This document shows, in pieces, positions 46,460 to 57,068 of a stretch of 64,000 bases of DNA (its first letter is position 1; every line of letters starts with the position of its first letter). The stretch spans positions 1,984,001 to 2,048,000 of the forward strand of contig CAUVXB020000001.1 in NCBI GenBank assembly GCA_963555825.3, written 5' to 3'. The notes below the pieces were generated by a model. That model was not told where the DNA came from. It saw only the letters and a list, made by a program, of their open reading frames with translations, and made no database searches. A program made the translations under genes and the position numbers. Origin of the DNA: Alphaproteobacteria bacterium. Its GTDB lineage: Bacteria > Pseudomonadota > Alphaproteobacteria > JAAXGF01.

Positions 46460-47425
46460 TTAGCGAAACCGCCGAAGCGGTTCCTCGACGCCCTCCGGAT
46501 CCTGATGAATAAAGACCTCCGCGGCCGGATACGCCTGCTTGATCCGTGCTTCGACCTCATCGGCGATTTCATGCGCCTCGAGCAACCTCATGTCGCCATC
46601 GAGCTCGAGATGCAACTGAATGAACGGCTGCAGGCCCGCGCGGCGTGTCCTCAGGTCGTGCATGCCCTTGACCTTGGGATGGTGCATCACGATGTCGCGA
46701 ATGCGCGCCCGCTCGTCGTCGGGAAACTCGCGGTCCATCAGGAGGTCGAGCGAACGCAGCGCGATTTTCCAGGCGCCGTACAGCAGGTAAAGGCCGATCG
46801 CGATGCCGAACAACGGATCGGCGATATGCCAGCCGAGCCACGCCGATAGCCCGAGCGAGACGATGACGCTCAAATTTACGAACACGTCGGTCTTGTAGTG
46901 CAGCGCGTCGGCGCCGATCGCGGTCGAATCGGTCTTGCGAACGACGTAAAACTGGAAGACGACCAGCGCACCGGTGATGATGGTGGCGAAGACCATCACG
47001 CCGATGCCGACGTCGACATGCGTGACCGCCCGCGGCGACACAAGTCGGCTGAACGCCTCGATCAGCAGCAGCACACCCGACACCGAAATGAACGCCACCT
47101 GTCCAAGACCGGCCAGCGGCTCGGCCTTGCCGTGGCCGAAACGGTGTTCGCGATCGGCCGGCTGCAGCGCGTGATAGACGGCGAACATGTTGACCAGCGA
47201 AGCCAGCACGTCGAGCAACGAGTCGACGAGCGACGAGAGCACGCTGATCGAATCGGTCATCAGCCACGCCACGAGCTTGACGCCGATCAATACCGCCGCC
47301 ACCGACACCGACGCGACGGTGGCGAGCTTCATCAGCCGGCCAGCCTCGTCGGGCGCGAGCGTCGCCTGGCCCGGACCGGCCTCGCTTGCCTCGGACGAGA
47401 ACAGCTGGCGCAGTGCGCGTATCAT
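46460..47425 (-). CDS. fieF: cation diffusion facilitator, FieF/YiiP-like
   Basis: DSLLD, PADREHRFGHGKAE, ADALHYKTD, HDLRTR, IHQDP. Confidence 0.88.
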   Translation of the reverse strand: MIRALRQLFSSEASEAGPGQATLAPDEAGRLMKLATVASVSVAAVLIGVKLVAWLMTDSISVLSSLVDSLLDVLASLVNMFAVYHALQPADREHRFGHGKAEPLAGLGQVAFISVSGVLLLIEAFSRLVSPRAVTHVDVGIGVMVFATIITGALVVFQFYVVRKTDSTAIGADALHYKTDVFVNLSVIVSLGLSAWLGWHIADPLFGIAIGLYLLYGAWKIALRSLDLLMDREFPDDERARIRDIVMHHPKVKGMHDLRTRRAGLQPFIQLHLELDGDMRLLEAHEIADEVEARIKQAYPAAEVFIHQDPEGVEEPLRRFR

Positions 47426-47432
47426 GCCTCGC

Positions 47433-48023
47433 CTACGGAAATTGACGTTCGGTCCGCCATCCATCGCCCTCGCGAATGAAGATCAATCGGTCGTGCAAGC
47501 GGAACACGCCCTCGTGCCAGAACTCGATGCGTTCGGGTGCGACGCGGAAGCCCGACCAATGGGGCGGCCGGGGCACCTCGCCGATGGCGAACTTGAGTGC
47601 GAACCGGGCGACCCTCTTCTCGAGATCGAAGCGGCCTGCCAACGGCCGCGACTGGTCGGATGCCCAGGCGCCGATCTGCGCCTGACGCGGCCGCGTCGCG
47701 AAATAGGCGTCCGATTCCGCATCGCTGACCCCCGTGACCGCGCCCTCGACGCGCACCTGGCGGTCGAGCGGTGGCCAATAGAAGCACAGCGCGGCGTGAC
47801 CGTTCGTCTCGAGCTGGCCGCCCTTGCGGCTTTCATTGTTAGTGTAGAAGACGAAACCCGCCGCGTCGAAGCCCTTCAGCAGCACCATACGCGCCGACGG
47901 CCGACCCCGCTCGTCGGCGGTCGCCAGTGTCACGGCGGTTGGGTTCTTGAGACCGCAATTCAACGCCTCGTCATACCATTTGCCGAACAGGGCGATCGGA
48001 TCGTCTGTATCGGGGATGCTCAT
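47433..48023 (-). CDS. pdxH: pyridoxamine 5'-phosphate oxidase
   Basis: RMVLLK, FYTN..SRKG, RQVRVEG, WASDQS, EFW...RLHDR. Confidence 0.96.
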   Translation of the reverse strand: MSIPDTDDPIALFGKWYDEALNCGLKNPTAVTLATADERGRPSARMVLLKGFDAAGFVFYTNNESRKGGQLETNGHAALCFYWPPLDRQVRVEGAVTGVSDAESDAYFATRPRQAQIGAWASDQSRPLAGRFDLEKRVARFALKFAIGEVPRPPHWSGFRVAPERIEFWHEGVFRLHDRLIFIREGDGWRTERQFP

Positions 48024-48212
48024 ATCTTCACAGAAAATAGGGCCAAATTTGTTCGTCGTCCACGCCGCTACCGAGGAGCGCCGGATCACGGCGCGCGAAT
48101 GATCGGCGACCCGGCCCGCCGCGTCAACCTGGGAGCCTAGCCGTTCGATGCCCCTGTAAATCGGCCTCGGGAACGATTATATTGTCAGGAGATCACTGGA
48201 GGCGAATGAATC

Positions 48213-48686
48213 ATGACCATTACACGTTTCACCGTCGTCTTCGCGGCGACGCTTTCGCTCGCGGCTTGCGTGTCCGACCAAGGTGACAAGCAGACGCTTG
48301 GCACGTTGATCGGCGCCGGTCTCGGCGGTCTGGCCGGCAGCCAGATCGGCTCGGGCACGGGCCAACTCGCCGCCATCGGCGCCGGCGTTCTTTTGGGTGG
48401 GCTGCTCGGCAACGAGGTCGGCAAGTCGCTCGACAAGGCCGATATCGCCTATGCCGAACGCAACGCGCAGGAGACGCTCGAGTATCAACCGACCGGCGCG
48501 ACCTCGTCCTGGGTCAACCCGGACAGCGGCAATTCGGGCAGCATCACCCCCACCGCTACCTACCAGAGCACCGGCGGCGAGTATTGCCGCGAGTACCAGC
48601 AGACGGTCACGGTCGGCGGCGAGCAGCAGGCGGCCTACGGCACCGCCTGCCGTCAGCCCGACGGCAGCTGGAAGCTGGTCAACTAA
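48213..48686 (+). CDS. 17-kDa surface antigen-like glycine-zipper lipoprotein
   Basis: Lipobox LAAC, glycine zipper, W.NPDSG, CREY, ACRQPDGSW. Confidence 0.9.
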   Translation: MTITRFTVVFAATLSLAACVSDQGDKQTLGTLIGAGLGGLAGSQIGSGTGQLAAIGAGVLLGGLLGNEVGKSLDKADIAYAERNAQETLEYQPTGATSSWVNPDSGNSGSITPTATYQSTGGEYCREYQQTVTVGGEQQAAYGTACRQPDGSWKLVN

Positions 48687-48776
48687 GCACTTGTCCGCGG
48701 CGGGGAGTGTTTCGCCCGTCAAATCAATCGTGTACGATGGCGGCTGTCGAAATCGGGGTACCAACACGAGGATAGT

Positions 48777-49589
48777 ATGAGTGCTTCCAGCCCCCTGATG
48801 GCCGGGAAGAAAGGCCTCATCATGGGCGTTGCCAACGATCGATCGATCGCATGGGGCATCGCCCGTACCGTGGCGAAGCACGGCGCCGAACTCGCCTTCA
48901 CCTATCAGGGCGATGCGCTGGGCAAGCGCGTGCGCCCCTTGGCCGAAAGCGTGCGCTCGGAGATCGTCGTGCCCTGCGACGTCACCGACGACGCGAGCAT
49001 CGACGCCACCTTCAAAACGCTCGAGGCGCGGTGGGGCCGGCTCGATTTCATGGTTCACGCCATCGCCTATTCGGACAAGGACGAACTCAAAGGCCACTAC
49101 ATCGACACCAGCGCCGAGAACTTCGCGACGACGATGAATATCTCGTGTTACTCGTTCACCGCCGTCTGCCAGCGCGCCGTGCCATTGATGGACCAGGGCG
49201 GCAGCCTGCTGACGCTGACCTACGCCGGCGCCGAGCGGGTCATGCCGCACTACAACGTCATGGGCGTCGCCAAGGCCGCGCTCGAGGCGAGCGTGCGTTA
49301 CCTCGCGGTCGATCTGGGCGGCCAGGGCATCCGAGTCAACGCCATCTCGGCGGGACCGATCAAGACGCTGGCGGCATCCGGTATCGGTGATTTTCGATAC
49401 ATCTTAAAGTGGAACGAGTACAATTCTCCTCTCAAGCGCAATGTCCGCATCGACGAGGTCGGCGGCGCGGCGCTCTACTTGTTGAGCGACCTCGGCACCG
49501 GCACCACCGGAGACATCCATCACGTCGATTGCGGCTACCATGTGGTCGGCATGAAGTCGATCGACGCACCCGACATTTCGGTCGTATAG
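48777..49589 (+). CDS. fabI: enoyl-ACP reductase
   Basis: [34 protein letters not shown]. Confidence 0.96.
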   Translation: MSASSPLMAGKKGLIMGVANDRSIAWGIARTVAKHGAELAFTYQGDALGKRVRPLAESVRSEIVVPCDVTDDASIDATFKTLEARWGRLDFMVHAIAYSDKDELKGHYIDTSAENFATTMNISCYSFTAVCQRAVPLMDQGGSLLTLTYAGAERVMPHYNVMGVAKAALEASVRYLAVDLGGQGIRVNAISAGPIKTLAASGIGDFRYILKWNEYNSPLKRNVRIDEVGGAALYLLSDLGTGTTGDIHHVDCGYHVVGMKSIDAPDISVV

Positions 49590-49617
49590 GGAACCGCCCC
49601 GGGGGCGGCGAAAATTC

Positions 49618-50703
49618 ATGCCCGGCAACAGCTTCGGACATACATTCCGTTTCACCACCTGGGGCGAGAGCCATGGGCCAGAGATAGGCTGCGTGGTCGA
49701 CGGCGTGCCACCGCGAATCACGCTGAGCGAGGCCGACATCCAGCCATGGCTCGACAAGCGCCGTCCGGGCCAATCGCGCTTCACCACCCAGCGCCGCGAG
49801 CCCGATGAGGTGAAGATCGTTTCCGGCGTCTTCGAGGGCGTCACGACCGGCACGCCGATCGCCATGATCATCGCCAACCAGGATGCCCGCTCGAAGGATT
49901 ACGACGAGATCAAAGACAGCTTCCGCCCGGGTCATGCCGACTACACGTATAAAGAGAAATACGGTGTGCGCGATCATCGCGGCAGCGGCCGGGCGAGCGC
50001 GCGCGAAACAGCCCTCCGCGTCGCCGCCGGCGCGATCGCACGCAAGATTCTGGGAGATGGTGTATCGGTGCGCGGCGCGGTCGTGCAGATCGGCCCGCAC
50101 GCCATCGACCGGGCGCGCTGGGACTGGGACGAGGTCGACCGCAACCCCTGCTTCGCGCCCGACCCCGGCATCGTCGCCACCTGGGAGGCGTTCCTCGACG
50201 GCGAACGCAAGCGCGGCTCGTCGGCCGGCGCGGTCATCGAAGTCATCGCCTCGGGCGTCCCCGTCGGGCTCGGCGAACCCGTCTACGACAAGGTCGACGC
50301 CGATATCGCCAAGGGGCTGATGAGCATCAACGCGGTCAAGGGCGTCGAGATCGGCGCCGGCTTCGCCGCCGCCGCGACGCCGGGCGAGCACGCCTCGGAC
50401 GAGATGCGCATGGACGGCGACGTGGCCACCTTTCTCTCAAACAAAAACGGCGGGGTGCTGGGCGGCATCACCTCGGGCCAGGACGTCGTCGCCCGCTTCG
50501 TCGTCAAGCCGACCAGTTCGATCCTAATGCCCAAGCAGACCGTCGACACGGCGGGCGCCGACGTCGACGTCTCGGTCAAGGGCCGTCACGACCCCTGCGT
50601 CGGTATCCGCGCTGTGCCGATCGGTGAGGCGATGGTCGCCTGCGTGCTGGCCGACCACCTGCTGCGCCACCGCGCCCAGGTCGGCCCGCTCGACGACGGC
50701 TAA
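49618..50703 (+). CDS. aroC: chorismate synthase
   Basis: TWGESHG, RPGHADY, RASARET, KPTSS, GRHDPC. Confidence 0.97.
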   Translation: MPGNSFGHTFRFTTWGESHGPEIGCVVDGVPPRITLSEADIQPWLDKRRPGQSRFTTQRREPDEVKIVSGVFEGVTTGTPIAMIIANQDARSKDYDEIKDSFRPGHADYTYKEKYGVRDHRGSGRASARETALRVAAGAIARKILGDGVSVRGAVVQIGPHAIDRARWDWDEVDRNPCFAPDPGIVATWEAFLDGERKRGSSAGAVIEVIASGVPVGLGEPVYDKVDADIAKGLMSINAVKGVEIGAGFAAAATPGEHASDEMRMDGDVATFLSNKNGGVLGGITSGQDVVARFVVKPTSSILMPKQTVDTAGADVDVSVKGRHDPCVGIRAVPIGEAMVACVLADHLLRHRAQVGPLDDG

Positions 50704-52184
50704 CGCATCACGAACGGATTCGCGATCGGGTCGGCCGAAGTGTTGATCCAGATTGTCTTTGGTCGCGTGTAGTCGTAGATCGCCTGAAAGCCGCTCTCGC
50801 GGCCGTAGCCTGAATCCTTGAAGCCGCCGAACTCGGCGATCGGCGAGACCACCCGGTAGGTGTTGATCCAGACGATGCCGGCGCGCGTCGCCCGCGCGAC
50901 GCGCAAAGCGCGGCCGACGTCGCGCGTGAAGATGCCCGTCGCCAGGCCGTATTTGGTGTCGTTGGCGTACCCGACGACCTCATCTTCTGTTTTGAAGCGC
51001 AGCACGCTCAGCACCGGGCCGAACAGCTCGGTATCGACGATCTGGGTGCGCTGGTCGGGGCAATCGACGATGGTCGGCTCGAAGAACCAGCCGGCGTTGT
51101 GGCCGGGCGGCCGCGCGCCGCCATAGAGCAGCTTGGCGCCCTCTTCCTGGGCCTTGGCGACCTCGGCCTCGATGCGGGTGAATTGCGCCTCGGTCGCCAG
51201 CGGGCCCATCTGCGTCTCGTCGGCCAGCGGATCGCCGATGCGGATCTGGCCAGCCTGGCCGACCAGGCGATCGAGCACCTCGTCGGCGACGCTGTCGTGC
51301 AGATAGAGCCGCGAGCCGGCGACGCAGCTCTGCCCGCTGGCGCCGAAGATGCCCGCGACGATGCCGTTGGCGGCGCTCTCGAGGTCGGCGTCCTCGAACA
51401 CCATGACCGGCGACTTGCCGCCCAGCTCGAGCGAGACCTGGGCGAAGTTCTCGGCCGAATTGCGCACGATATGACGCGCCGTCTCGGGGCCGCCGGTGAA
51501 GCTGATGCGGGCGACCAGCGGGTGCGTCGTCAGCACCCGGCCACACGGCTCGCCGAAGCCGGTGACGATGTTGACGACGCCGTCGGGGATACCCGCCTCG
51601 GCGATCAGCTTGCCGAACTCGAGCATCGGCGCCGAGGCGTGCTCGGAGGCCTTGAGGACGACGGTGTTGCCGGCTGCGAGCGCCGGGCCCAACTTGACCG
51701 CGACCAGGAACAGCTGCGAGTTCCACGGCACCACCGCGGCAACGACGCCGAGCGGCTCGCGCGTCGTGAAGACGTACATATCGGGCTTGTCGATCGGCAT
51801 GGTGTCGCCATGGATTTTGTCGGCAAGGCCCGCGTTGTAGTGGAAGAAGTCGGCGATGTACTTGGCCTGCCAGCGCGTCTCCTTGAACAGCTTGCCGGTG
51901 TCGACGGTCTCGGCACGGCCGAGGTCCTCGGACTTCTCGCCCAGCAGATCGCCCAGTTTGCGCAACAGCTTGCCGCGTTCGGTCGGCGTCATCTTCGACC
52001 ATGGCCCTTCGCTGAAGGCGCGATGCGCGGCTCTGACGGCGCGGTCGACGTCCGCCGCGCTGGCCTCGGGAATCCGCGCCCAGGGCTGGCCGGTGGTCGG
52101 ATTGACGCTGTCGAAGGCCTTGCCATCCTCGGCGTCGACCCACTGTCCATCGATCAGCATCTGATAGTTGGTCAATTCGGTCAT
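50700..52184 (-). CDS. aldehyde dehydrogenase
   Basis: [42 protein letters not shown]. Confidence 0.95.
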   Translation of the reverse strand: MTELTNYQMLIDGQWVDAEDGKAFDSVNPTTGQPWARIPEASAADVDRAVRAAHRAFSEGPWSKMTPTERGKLLRKLGDLLGEKSEDLGRAETVDTGKLFKETRWQAKYIADFFHYNAGLADKIHGDTMPIDKPDMYVFTTREPLGVVAAVVPWNSQLFLVAVKLGPALAAGNTVVLKASEHASAPMLEFGKLIAEAGIPDGVVNIVTGFGEPCGRVLTTHPLVARISFTGGPETARHIVRNSAENFAQVSLELGGKSPVMVFEDADLESAANGIVAGIFGASGQSCVAGSRLYLHDSVADEVLDRLVGQAGQIRIGDPLADETQMGPLATEAQFTRIEAEVAKAQEEGAKLLYGGARPPGHNAGWFFEPTIVDCPDQRTQIVDTELFGPVLSVLRFKTEDEVVGYANDTKYGLATGIFTRDVGRALRVARATRAGIVWINTYRVVSPIAEFGGFKDSGYGRESGFQAIYDYTRPKTIWINTSADPIANPFVMR

Positions 52185-52289
52185 GTCTCTCCCCCCAAGC
52201 GCGTGTGTCGGCTGGCATGGGCAGGGTATGGTGCGGGAACGGCCTTGCCAAGAGGGGGCTTCGGCGTTCAACAGCGGAGAAACGGACCC

Positions 52290-52682
52290 ATGACGAACGG
52301 AAAGCAGATCATCGGCGGCGATGTGATCATCGGCGGCCGAAAATTATCGTTGTCGAAGGCGGTGCGGGCCGGCGACTACGTCTTCCTGACCGGGCAGATA
52401 CCCTTCCAGGACGGCGCGCCGATGACGGCCGGCACGATCGAGGACCAGACGCGCGTCACGCTCGATCTGATCGGCGCGACCCTGGCGGAAGCCGGCTGCG
52501 CCCGATCCGACGTGGTGAAATCGATGATCTGGCTGCGTGACAAAGCCGATTTTCCAGGTTTCAATGCGGTCTACGGCGAGTATTTTCCCGACGATCCGCC
52601 AGCCCGCTCGGCGGTTTTGACTCAACTTCTTGTCGACGTTCGGGTGGAAATCGAGGTAGTGGCATACAAGCCGATTGAATAG
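52290..52682 (+). CDS. RidA family protein
   Basis: TGQIP, FPGFNAVY..YF...PPARS, VEIEVVA. Confidence 0.9.
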   Translation: MTNGKQIIGGDVIIGGRKLSLSKAVRAGDYVFLTGQIPFQDGAPMTAGTIEDQTRVTLDLIGATLAEAGCARSDVVKSMIWLRDKADFPGFNAVYGEYFPDDPPARSAVLTQLLVDVRVEIEVVAYKPIE

Positions 52683-52735
52683 CGGCCGAATCGCCCCGAC
52701 GGCGTGGCCGACGGGCAATTGAGGAGACGGTACTC

Positions 52736-53803
52736 ATGAGATTCAACCTCGTGATCAACATGGAGCGCGTTGGCCCCGACGAGGACATGGCCGAGGTCGC
52801 GCGCCATGTCACCGAGATGGTGCAAATGGCCGACGAGGGCGGTGTCGACATCGTCTGGGCGGCCGAGCATCACGCCCTCGAGATGACCATCGCGCCGGGG
52901 CCGTTCCAGCTCTTGGCGCATTTCGCCGCGCACACCTCGCGCATCCGGCTCGGCACCGCCGTCGTCGTCGCGCCCTACTGGCACCCGGTCAAGCTCGCCG
53001 GCGAAGCCGCGTTGCTCGATCTGTTGTCGGGCGGCCGCCTCGAGTTCGGCATCGGCAAGGGCGCCTATCAGCGCGAGTTCGACCGCTTGGCCGGCGGCAT
53101 GGATCAGAAGATCGGTGTGCCGATGATGCAGGAGATGATGCCCGTGCTGAAGGGGCTCTGGCAGGGCGATTACGAACACGACGGCGAATACTGGTCGTTC
53201 CCGGCCGCGACGTCGGTTCCGAAGCCGGTGCAAAAACCGCACCCGCCGGTCTGGGTCGCCGCGCGCGACCCCGGCACCTACGACTGGGCGGTCAAGAACG
53301 GCTACCACATCATGTCATGGGCGCTGACCCGGTCGTTCTCCGAGGTCGAGGCCTACATGGGCCGCTTCGAGACGGCGCTTGCCGACAACCCCGGCGTCGC
53401 GCGGCCGCGTTTCATGACGATGCGCCACGCGGCGATCTGGGAAATAGTGGAGGACGCCGACGTCTACCTCGAGGCCTTGATCATGCAGGGCCGCCGGTTC
53501 GAGAACCTGTTCCGCAACCTGGCGCCGGTGGTCGACGGCTTCCCGCAGGAAGTCGATCCGTCGCTGCTCGTCAACCAAGCCGAATACGAGCCCTCGAACC
53601 TGCTGCAGAACCTCATCTTCGGCACGCCCGAGGAGGCGATCGCCAAGCTGAAGCCCTACGAGGCGCTGGGCGTCGACTACTTCTGCTACTGCGCCAGCTT
53701 CGGCCTCGACCTGGCGGCGCAGAAGAAGTCGTTCCGGCTGTTCATCGACGAGGTCATGCCGGCTTTCCAGGGCAGCGAAGCGGCCGCATCCGCAGCCGAC
53801 TAA
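52736..53803 (+). CDS. LLM-class flavin-dependent monooxygenase
   Basis: WAAEHH, RIRLGT, HPVKLA, LSGGRLEFGIGKG, PKPVQKPHPP, EVMP. Confidence 0.92.
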   Translation: MRFNLVINMERVGPDEDMAEVARHVTEMVQMADEGGVDIVWAAEHHALEMTIAPGPFQLLAHFAAHTSRIRLGTAVVVAPYWHPVKLAGEAALLDLLSGGRLEFGIGKGAYQREFDRLAGGMDQKIGVPMMQEMMPVLKGLWQGDYEHDGEYWSFPAATSVPKPVQKPHPPVWVAARDPGTYDWAVKNGYHIMSWALTRSFSEVEAYMGRFETALADNPGVARPRFMTMRHAAIWEIVEDADVYLEALIMQGRRFENLFRNLAPVVDGFPQEVDPSLLVNQAEYEPSNLLQNLIFGTPEEAIAKLKPYEALGVDYFCYCASFGLDLAAQKKSFRLFIDEVMPAFQGSEAAASAAD

Positions 53804-53840
53804 AGGCCAATCCGACCGCATAATGCTGAGAGAGGCAACC

Positions 53841-54056
53841 ATGGCGTACACCCAGTACAAGGTCATTTCCATCCAGGAAGGCGGCTGCGGCACCGTGCTA
53901 CTCGGCGCTGCGGGCATCCCGGTGAACAAGATGGAGGACGATCTGAACCGCCACGCCGCGGATGGCTGGCAGGTCGTCTTCATGGTCATCGAACAGAAGC
54001 GCTTCATGCTGTTCTGGACCAGGGAGACGATCATCGTGACGCTCGGCCGCTCGTGA
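53841..54056 (+). CDS. DUF4177 small protein
   Basis: YKV...LN.HA.DGW.V pattern; RBS gagagg. Confidence 0.75.
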   Translation: MAYTQYKVISIQEGGCGTVLLGAAGIPVNKMEDDLNRHAADGWQVVFMVIEQKRFMLFWTRETIIVTLGRS

Positions 54057-54310
54057 GCCCTCTCGCCCGGCTCGCACTCGGCGCGATCGAGGCATACCGG
54101 CTCCGGGGCGGCGGCGGTCGGCATTTCGCCGTCGCGTGCAATTTCACGCCGAGCTGCTCGGTCTATGCGCACCAAGCGATCGCCCGCTACGGATTCCTGC
54201 GCGGCGCACATCTCGCGCTCGGGCGTGTCCGGCGCTGCACCGTGCGCGATCAGGTCGGCAAAATCGACGATCCCGTCCCGGCCGACGACGCGCGCCGCGT
54301 GCGATGCTGA
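54053..54310 (+). CDS. yidD: YidD-like (membrane insertion efficiency factor / haemolytic domain) protein
   Basis: CNFTPSCSVYA..AI.RYG...G......RV.RC. Confidence 0.75.
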   Translation: MSPLARLALGAIEAYRLRGGGGRHFAVACNFTPSCSVYAHQAIARYGFLRGAHLALGRVRRCTVRDQVGKIDDPVPADDARRVRC

Positions 54311-54696
54311 AGCCGGACGCCGTTCGCGACGAGGAGGACGCCATCCGCGACACCCTCGCGGCGCTCGCGCCCGAGCAACGCAAGGCGTACTACCGACTGT
54401 CGGAGAACCGCATCAAGGACCCCGACACCTATGCCACGGTTAACTATTTCCTGGTCTGCGGCCTGCACCACTTCTATCTCGGCAAACGGGTGCGCGGCGC
54501 GGCCAACCTGATGGCCTTCCTCGCCGGCGCCATCTTTCTCTTCTCGCCGTCGCCGATCATCGGCGTCGTCATTATCGCCGCCATCGTCGCCATCGAACTG
54601 CCGGCGCTGTTCATGTCGCAATCGATCGTCCGCGATCACAACAACAAGCAAGCGCGGCAGATACTCGACGAACTCGGCGTCGCCTCGTCGCCCTAG
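54304..54696 (+). CDS. TM2 domain membrane protein
   Basis: KDPDTYA..N....GLHHFYLG followed by two hydrophobic segments. Confidence 0.8.
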   Translation: MLKPDAVRDEEDAIRDTLAALAPEQRKAYYRLSENRIKDPDTYATVNYFLVCGLHHFYLGKRVRGAANLMAFLAGAIFLFSPSPIIGVVIIAAIVAIELPALFMSQSIVRDHNNKQARQILDELGVASSP

Positions 54697-55469
54697 CCGC
54701 CTTCGTCACGGCGGTGACGTCCGTGGGACAGTTCGCTGACGATGCCGTGCAGCGTGCGCAGTTCCTGTTCGAACAGTCCGGTGCGCAGGAACAGATTGCG
54801 GATGTTGCGCACCATAGTCGGGCGCTTTTCCTTGTTGCGCAGGAAGCCGCAGGCGTCGAGTTCGCCCTCGAGATGGTCGAAGAAGGTCTGTAGCTCGGCG
54901 CGGGTCGCGGGTCGCGTCCGGCCCGGCCGGATCACCGGTTCGGCCGGCTCGACCGCAGACAGCAACCATTCATAGCCGATCAGCAACACCGCCTGCGCCA
55001 GATTGAGCGAGGCGAACGCCGGACTGGTCGGCACTTCGACGATGGCGTCGGCGAGTGTCAGCGTATCGTTGTCGAGGCCCATGGTCTCGCGCCCGAACAG
55101 CAGGCCCGATCGCTCACCGGCGGCTTCCCAGGCGCGCATCTCGGCGACCGCGGCGCGCGGCGTCGTCACCGGCTTGAGCATGTCGCGCGGCCGGGCCGTG
55201 GTGGCGAAAACATGGCTCAGGTCGGCGATCGCTTGCGCCGCGCTGTCGAAGACGCGCACCCCGTCGATCACCTCGACGGCGCCCGACGCGGCGTTGACCG
55301 CCTTGACGTTGGGCCAGCCGTCGCGTGGCGCGACGATGCGCAGGTCGGTAAGCCCGAAATTGAGCATGGCGCGCGCCGCGGTGCCGATATTCTCGCCCAT
55401 CTGTGGGCGCACCAGGATCACCGCCGGGCCCCCTGCGACACTGCCTTGGCCGCGATTGGTGCCCGCCAT
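54693..55469 (-). CDS. trmJ: TrmJ/LasT-family RNA 2'-O-methyltransferase
   Basis: PQMGENIG..ARAM.NFG, ATTAR, FGRE..GL, SLNLAQAV. Confidence 0.88.
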   Translation of the reverse strand: MAGTNRGQGSVAGGPAVILVRPQMGENIGTAARAMLNFGLTDLRIVAPRDGWPNVKAVNAASGAVEVIDGVRVFDSAAQAIADLSHVFATTARPRDMLKPVTTPRAAVAEMRAWEAAGERSGLLFGRETMGLDNDTLTLADAIVEVPTSPAFASLNLAQAVLLIGYEWLLSAVEPAEPVIRPGRTRPATRAELQTFFDHLEGELDACGFLRNKEKRPTMVRNIRNLFLRTGLFEQELRTLHGIVSELSHGRHRRDEGG

Positions 55470-55475
55470 TCCGGG

Positions 55476-57068
55476 TTAGACGGGCGCTTTGTCGCGCAGC
55501 AGCTTGTAGACGATGCTGTCGATCAGCGCCGAGAACGAGGCGTCGATGATGTTCGCCGACACGCCGACCGTCGACCAGGTATCGCCCGCCCCGTCGGCGC
55601 TCTCGATCATCACGCGGGTCACCGCGCCGGTCGACTGGTTGGGCGACAGGATGCGCACCTTGTAGTCGACCAGCCGCCAATCCTCGAAGTAGGGCGAGTA
55701 TTTGCCGAGGTCCTTGCGCAGCGCCGCGTTGAGCGCATCGACCGGACCGCTGCCCTCGGCCACCGACATCAGGTGCTCGTCGCCGACAGTGACCTTGACG
55801 GTCGCCTCCGACAGCGTGACCAGCTTGCCGACCGCGTTGAAGCGCCGCTCGACGGTCACCCGGTAGCTGTCGACGCGGAAGTATTCGGGCACCTCGCCGA
55901 GCGCACGCCGCGCCATCAGCTCGAAGCTCGCCTCGGCGCCGTCGTAGGTGTAGCCGTTGAATTCGCGCTCCTTGACCTCCTCGACGAGGCGCGGCAGCAG
56001 CGCATGGTCGGGGTCGATGTTCATGCCGACGTCGTTCATCAGCGCCAGCACGTTGGCGCGCCCCGACTGGTCCGAGACGACGATGTGGCGCCGGTTGCCG
56101 ACCAGCTCGGGCGAGATGTGCTCGTAGGAGCGCGTGTCCTTCTGCACCGCCGAGACGTGCAGGCCGCCCTTATGCGCGAAGGCGGCATCGCCGACATAGG
56201 CCGCGTGATGATCGGGCGCCCGGTTCAGCAATTCGTCGACCAGCCGCGAGACATGGGTCAGTTGCGCCAGGCCCTCGGGCGTGACGCCGGTCTCGTAGCC
56301 CATCTTGAGCACCAGGGTCGGGATCAGCGACACCAGGTTGGCGTTGCCGCAGCGCTCGCCGAGCCCATTGATCGTGCCGTGCACCATGCGCGCGCCGGCG
56401 CGCACCGCCGCCAAGCTGCCGGCGACCGCGTTTTCGGTGTCGTTGTGGCAGTGAATGGCGATCCGGTCGCCCGGGATGTGCTCGCAGACCTCGCCGACGA
56501 TGCGCTCGATCTCGTGCGGCAGCGTGCCGCCGTTGGTGTCGCACAGCACGACCCAACGGGCGCCGCCGTCGGCCGCCGCCATGATGCAATCGAGCGCGAA
56601 TTCGGGGTTGGCCTTGTAGCCGTCGAAGAAGTGCTCGGCGTCGAACAGCGCCTCCTTCTCCTTGGCCACCAGATGCGCGATGCTGTCGCGGATCATCGCG
56701 ACGTTCTCGTCCGTCTCGATGCCAAGCGCGACCTTGGTGTGGAAGTCCCAGGCCTTGCCGACCAGGCACACCGCCGAGGTGCCGCTGCCGACCAGTGCCG
56801 CGAGGCCGGGGTCGTTGTCGGCGCTGCGCCCGGGCCTGCGCGTCATGCCGAAGGCCGTGAAGCGCGAACGTTCCAGTTCGGGCGCCGTGGCGAAGAAGGC
56901 GTCGTCGGTCGGGTTGGCGCCCGGCCAGCCGCCCTCGACGTAGTCGATGCCGATGCGGTCGAGCTCACGCGCGATCGCCGTCTTGTCCTGGACGCTGAAG
57001 TCGACGCCCTGGGTCTGCGCGCCGTCGCGCAGCGTGGTGTCGAACAGATAGATGCGCTCGCTGCTCAT
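55476..57068 (-). CDS. cimA: citramalate synthase
   Basis: DTTLRDGAQ, EGGWPGANP, DAEHFFDG, HCHND, AHKGGLH, DYKVRI. Confidence 0.93.
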   Translation of the reverse strand: MSSERIYLFDTTLRDGAQTQGVDFSVQDKTAIARELDRIGIDYVEGGWPGANPTDDAFFATAPELERSRFTAFGMTRRPGRSADNDPGLAALVGSGTSAVCLVGKAWDFHTKVALGIETDENVAMIRDSIAHLVAKEKEALFDAEHFFDGYKANPEFALDCIMAAADGGARWVVLCDTNGGTLPHEIERIVGEVCEHIPGDRIAIHCHNDTENAVAGSLAAVRAGARMVHGTINGLGERCGNANLVSLIPTLVLKMGYETGVTPEGLAQLTHVSRLVDELLNRAPDHHAAYVGDAAFAHKGGLHVSAVQKDTRSYEHISPELVGNRRHIVVSDQSGRANVLALMNDVGMNIDPDHALLPRLVEEVKEREFNGYTYDGAEASFELMARRALGEVPEYFRVDSYRVTVERRFNAVGKLVTLSEATVKVTVGDEHLMSVAEGSGPVDALNAALRKDLGKYSPYFEDWRLVDYKVRILSPNQSTGAVTRVMIESADGAGDTWSTVGVSANIIDASFSALIDSIVYKLLRDKAPV

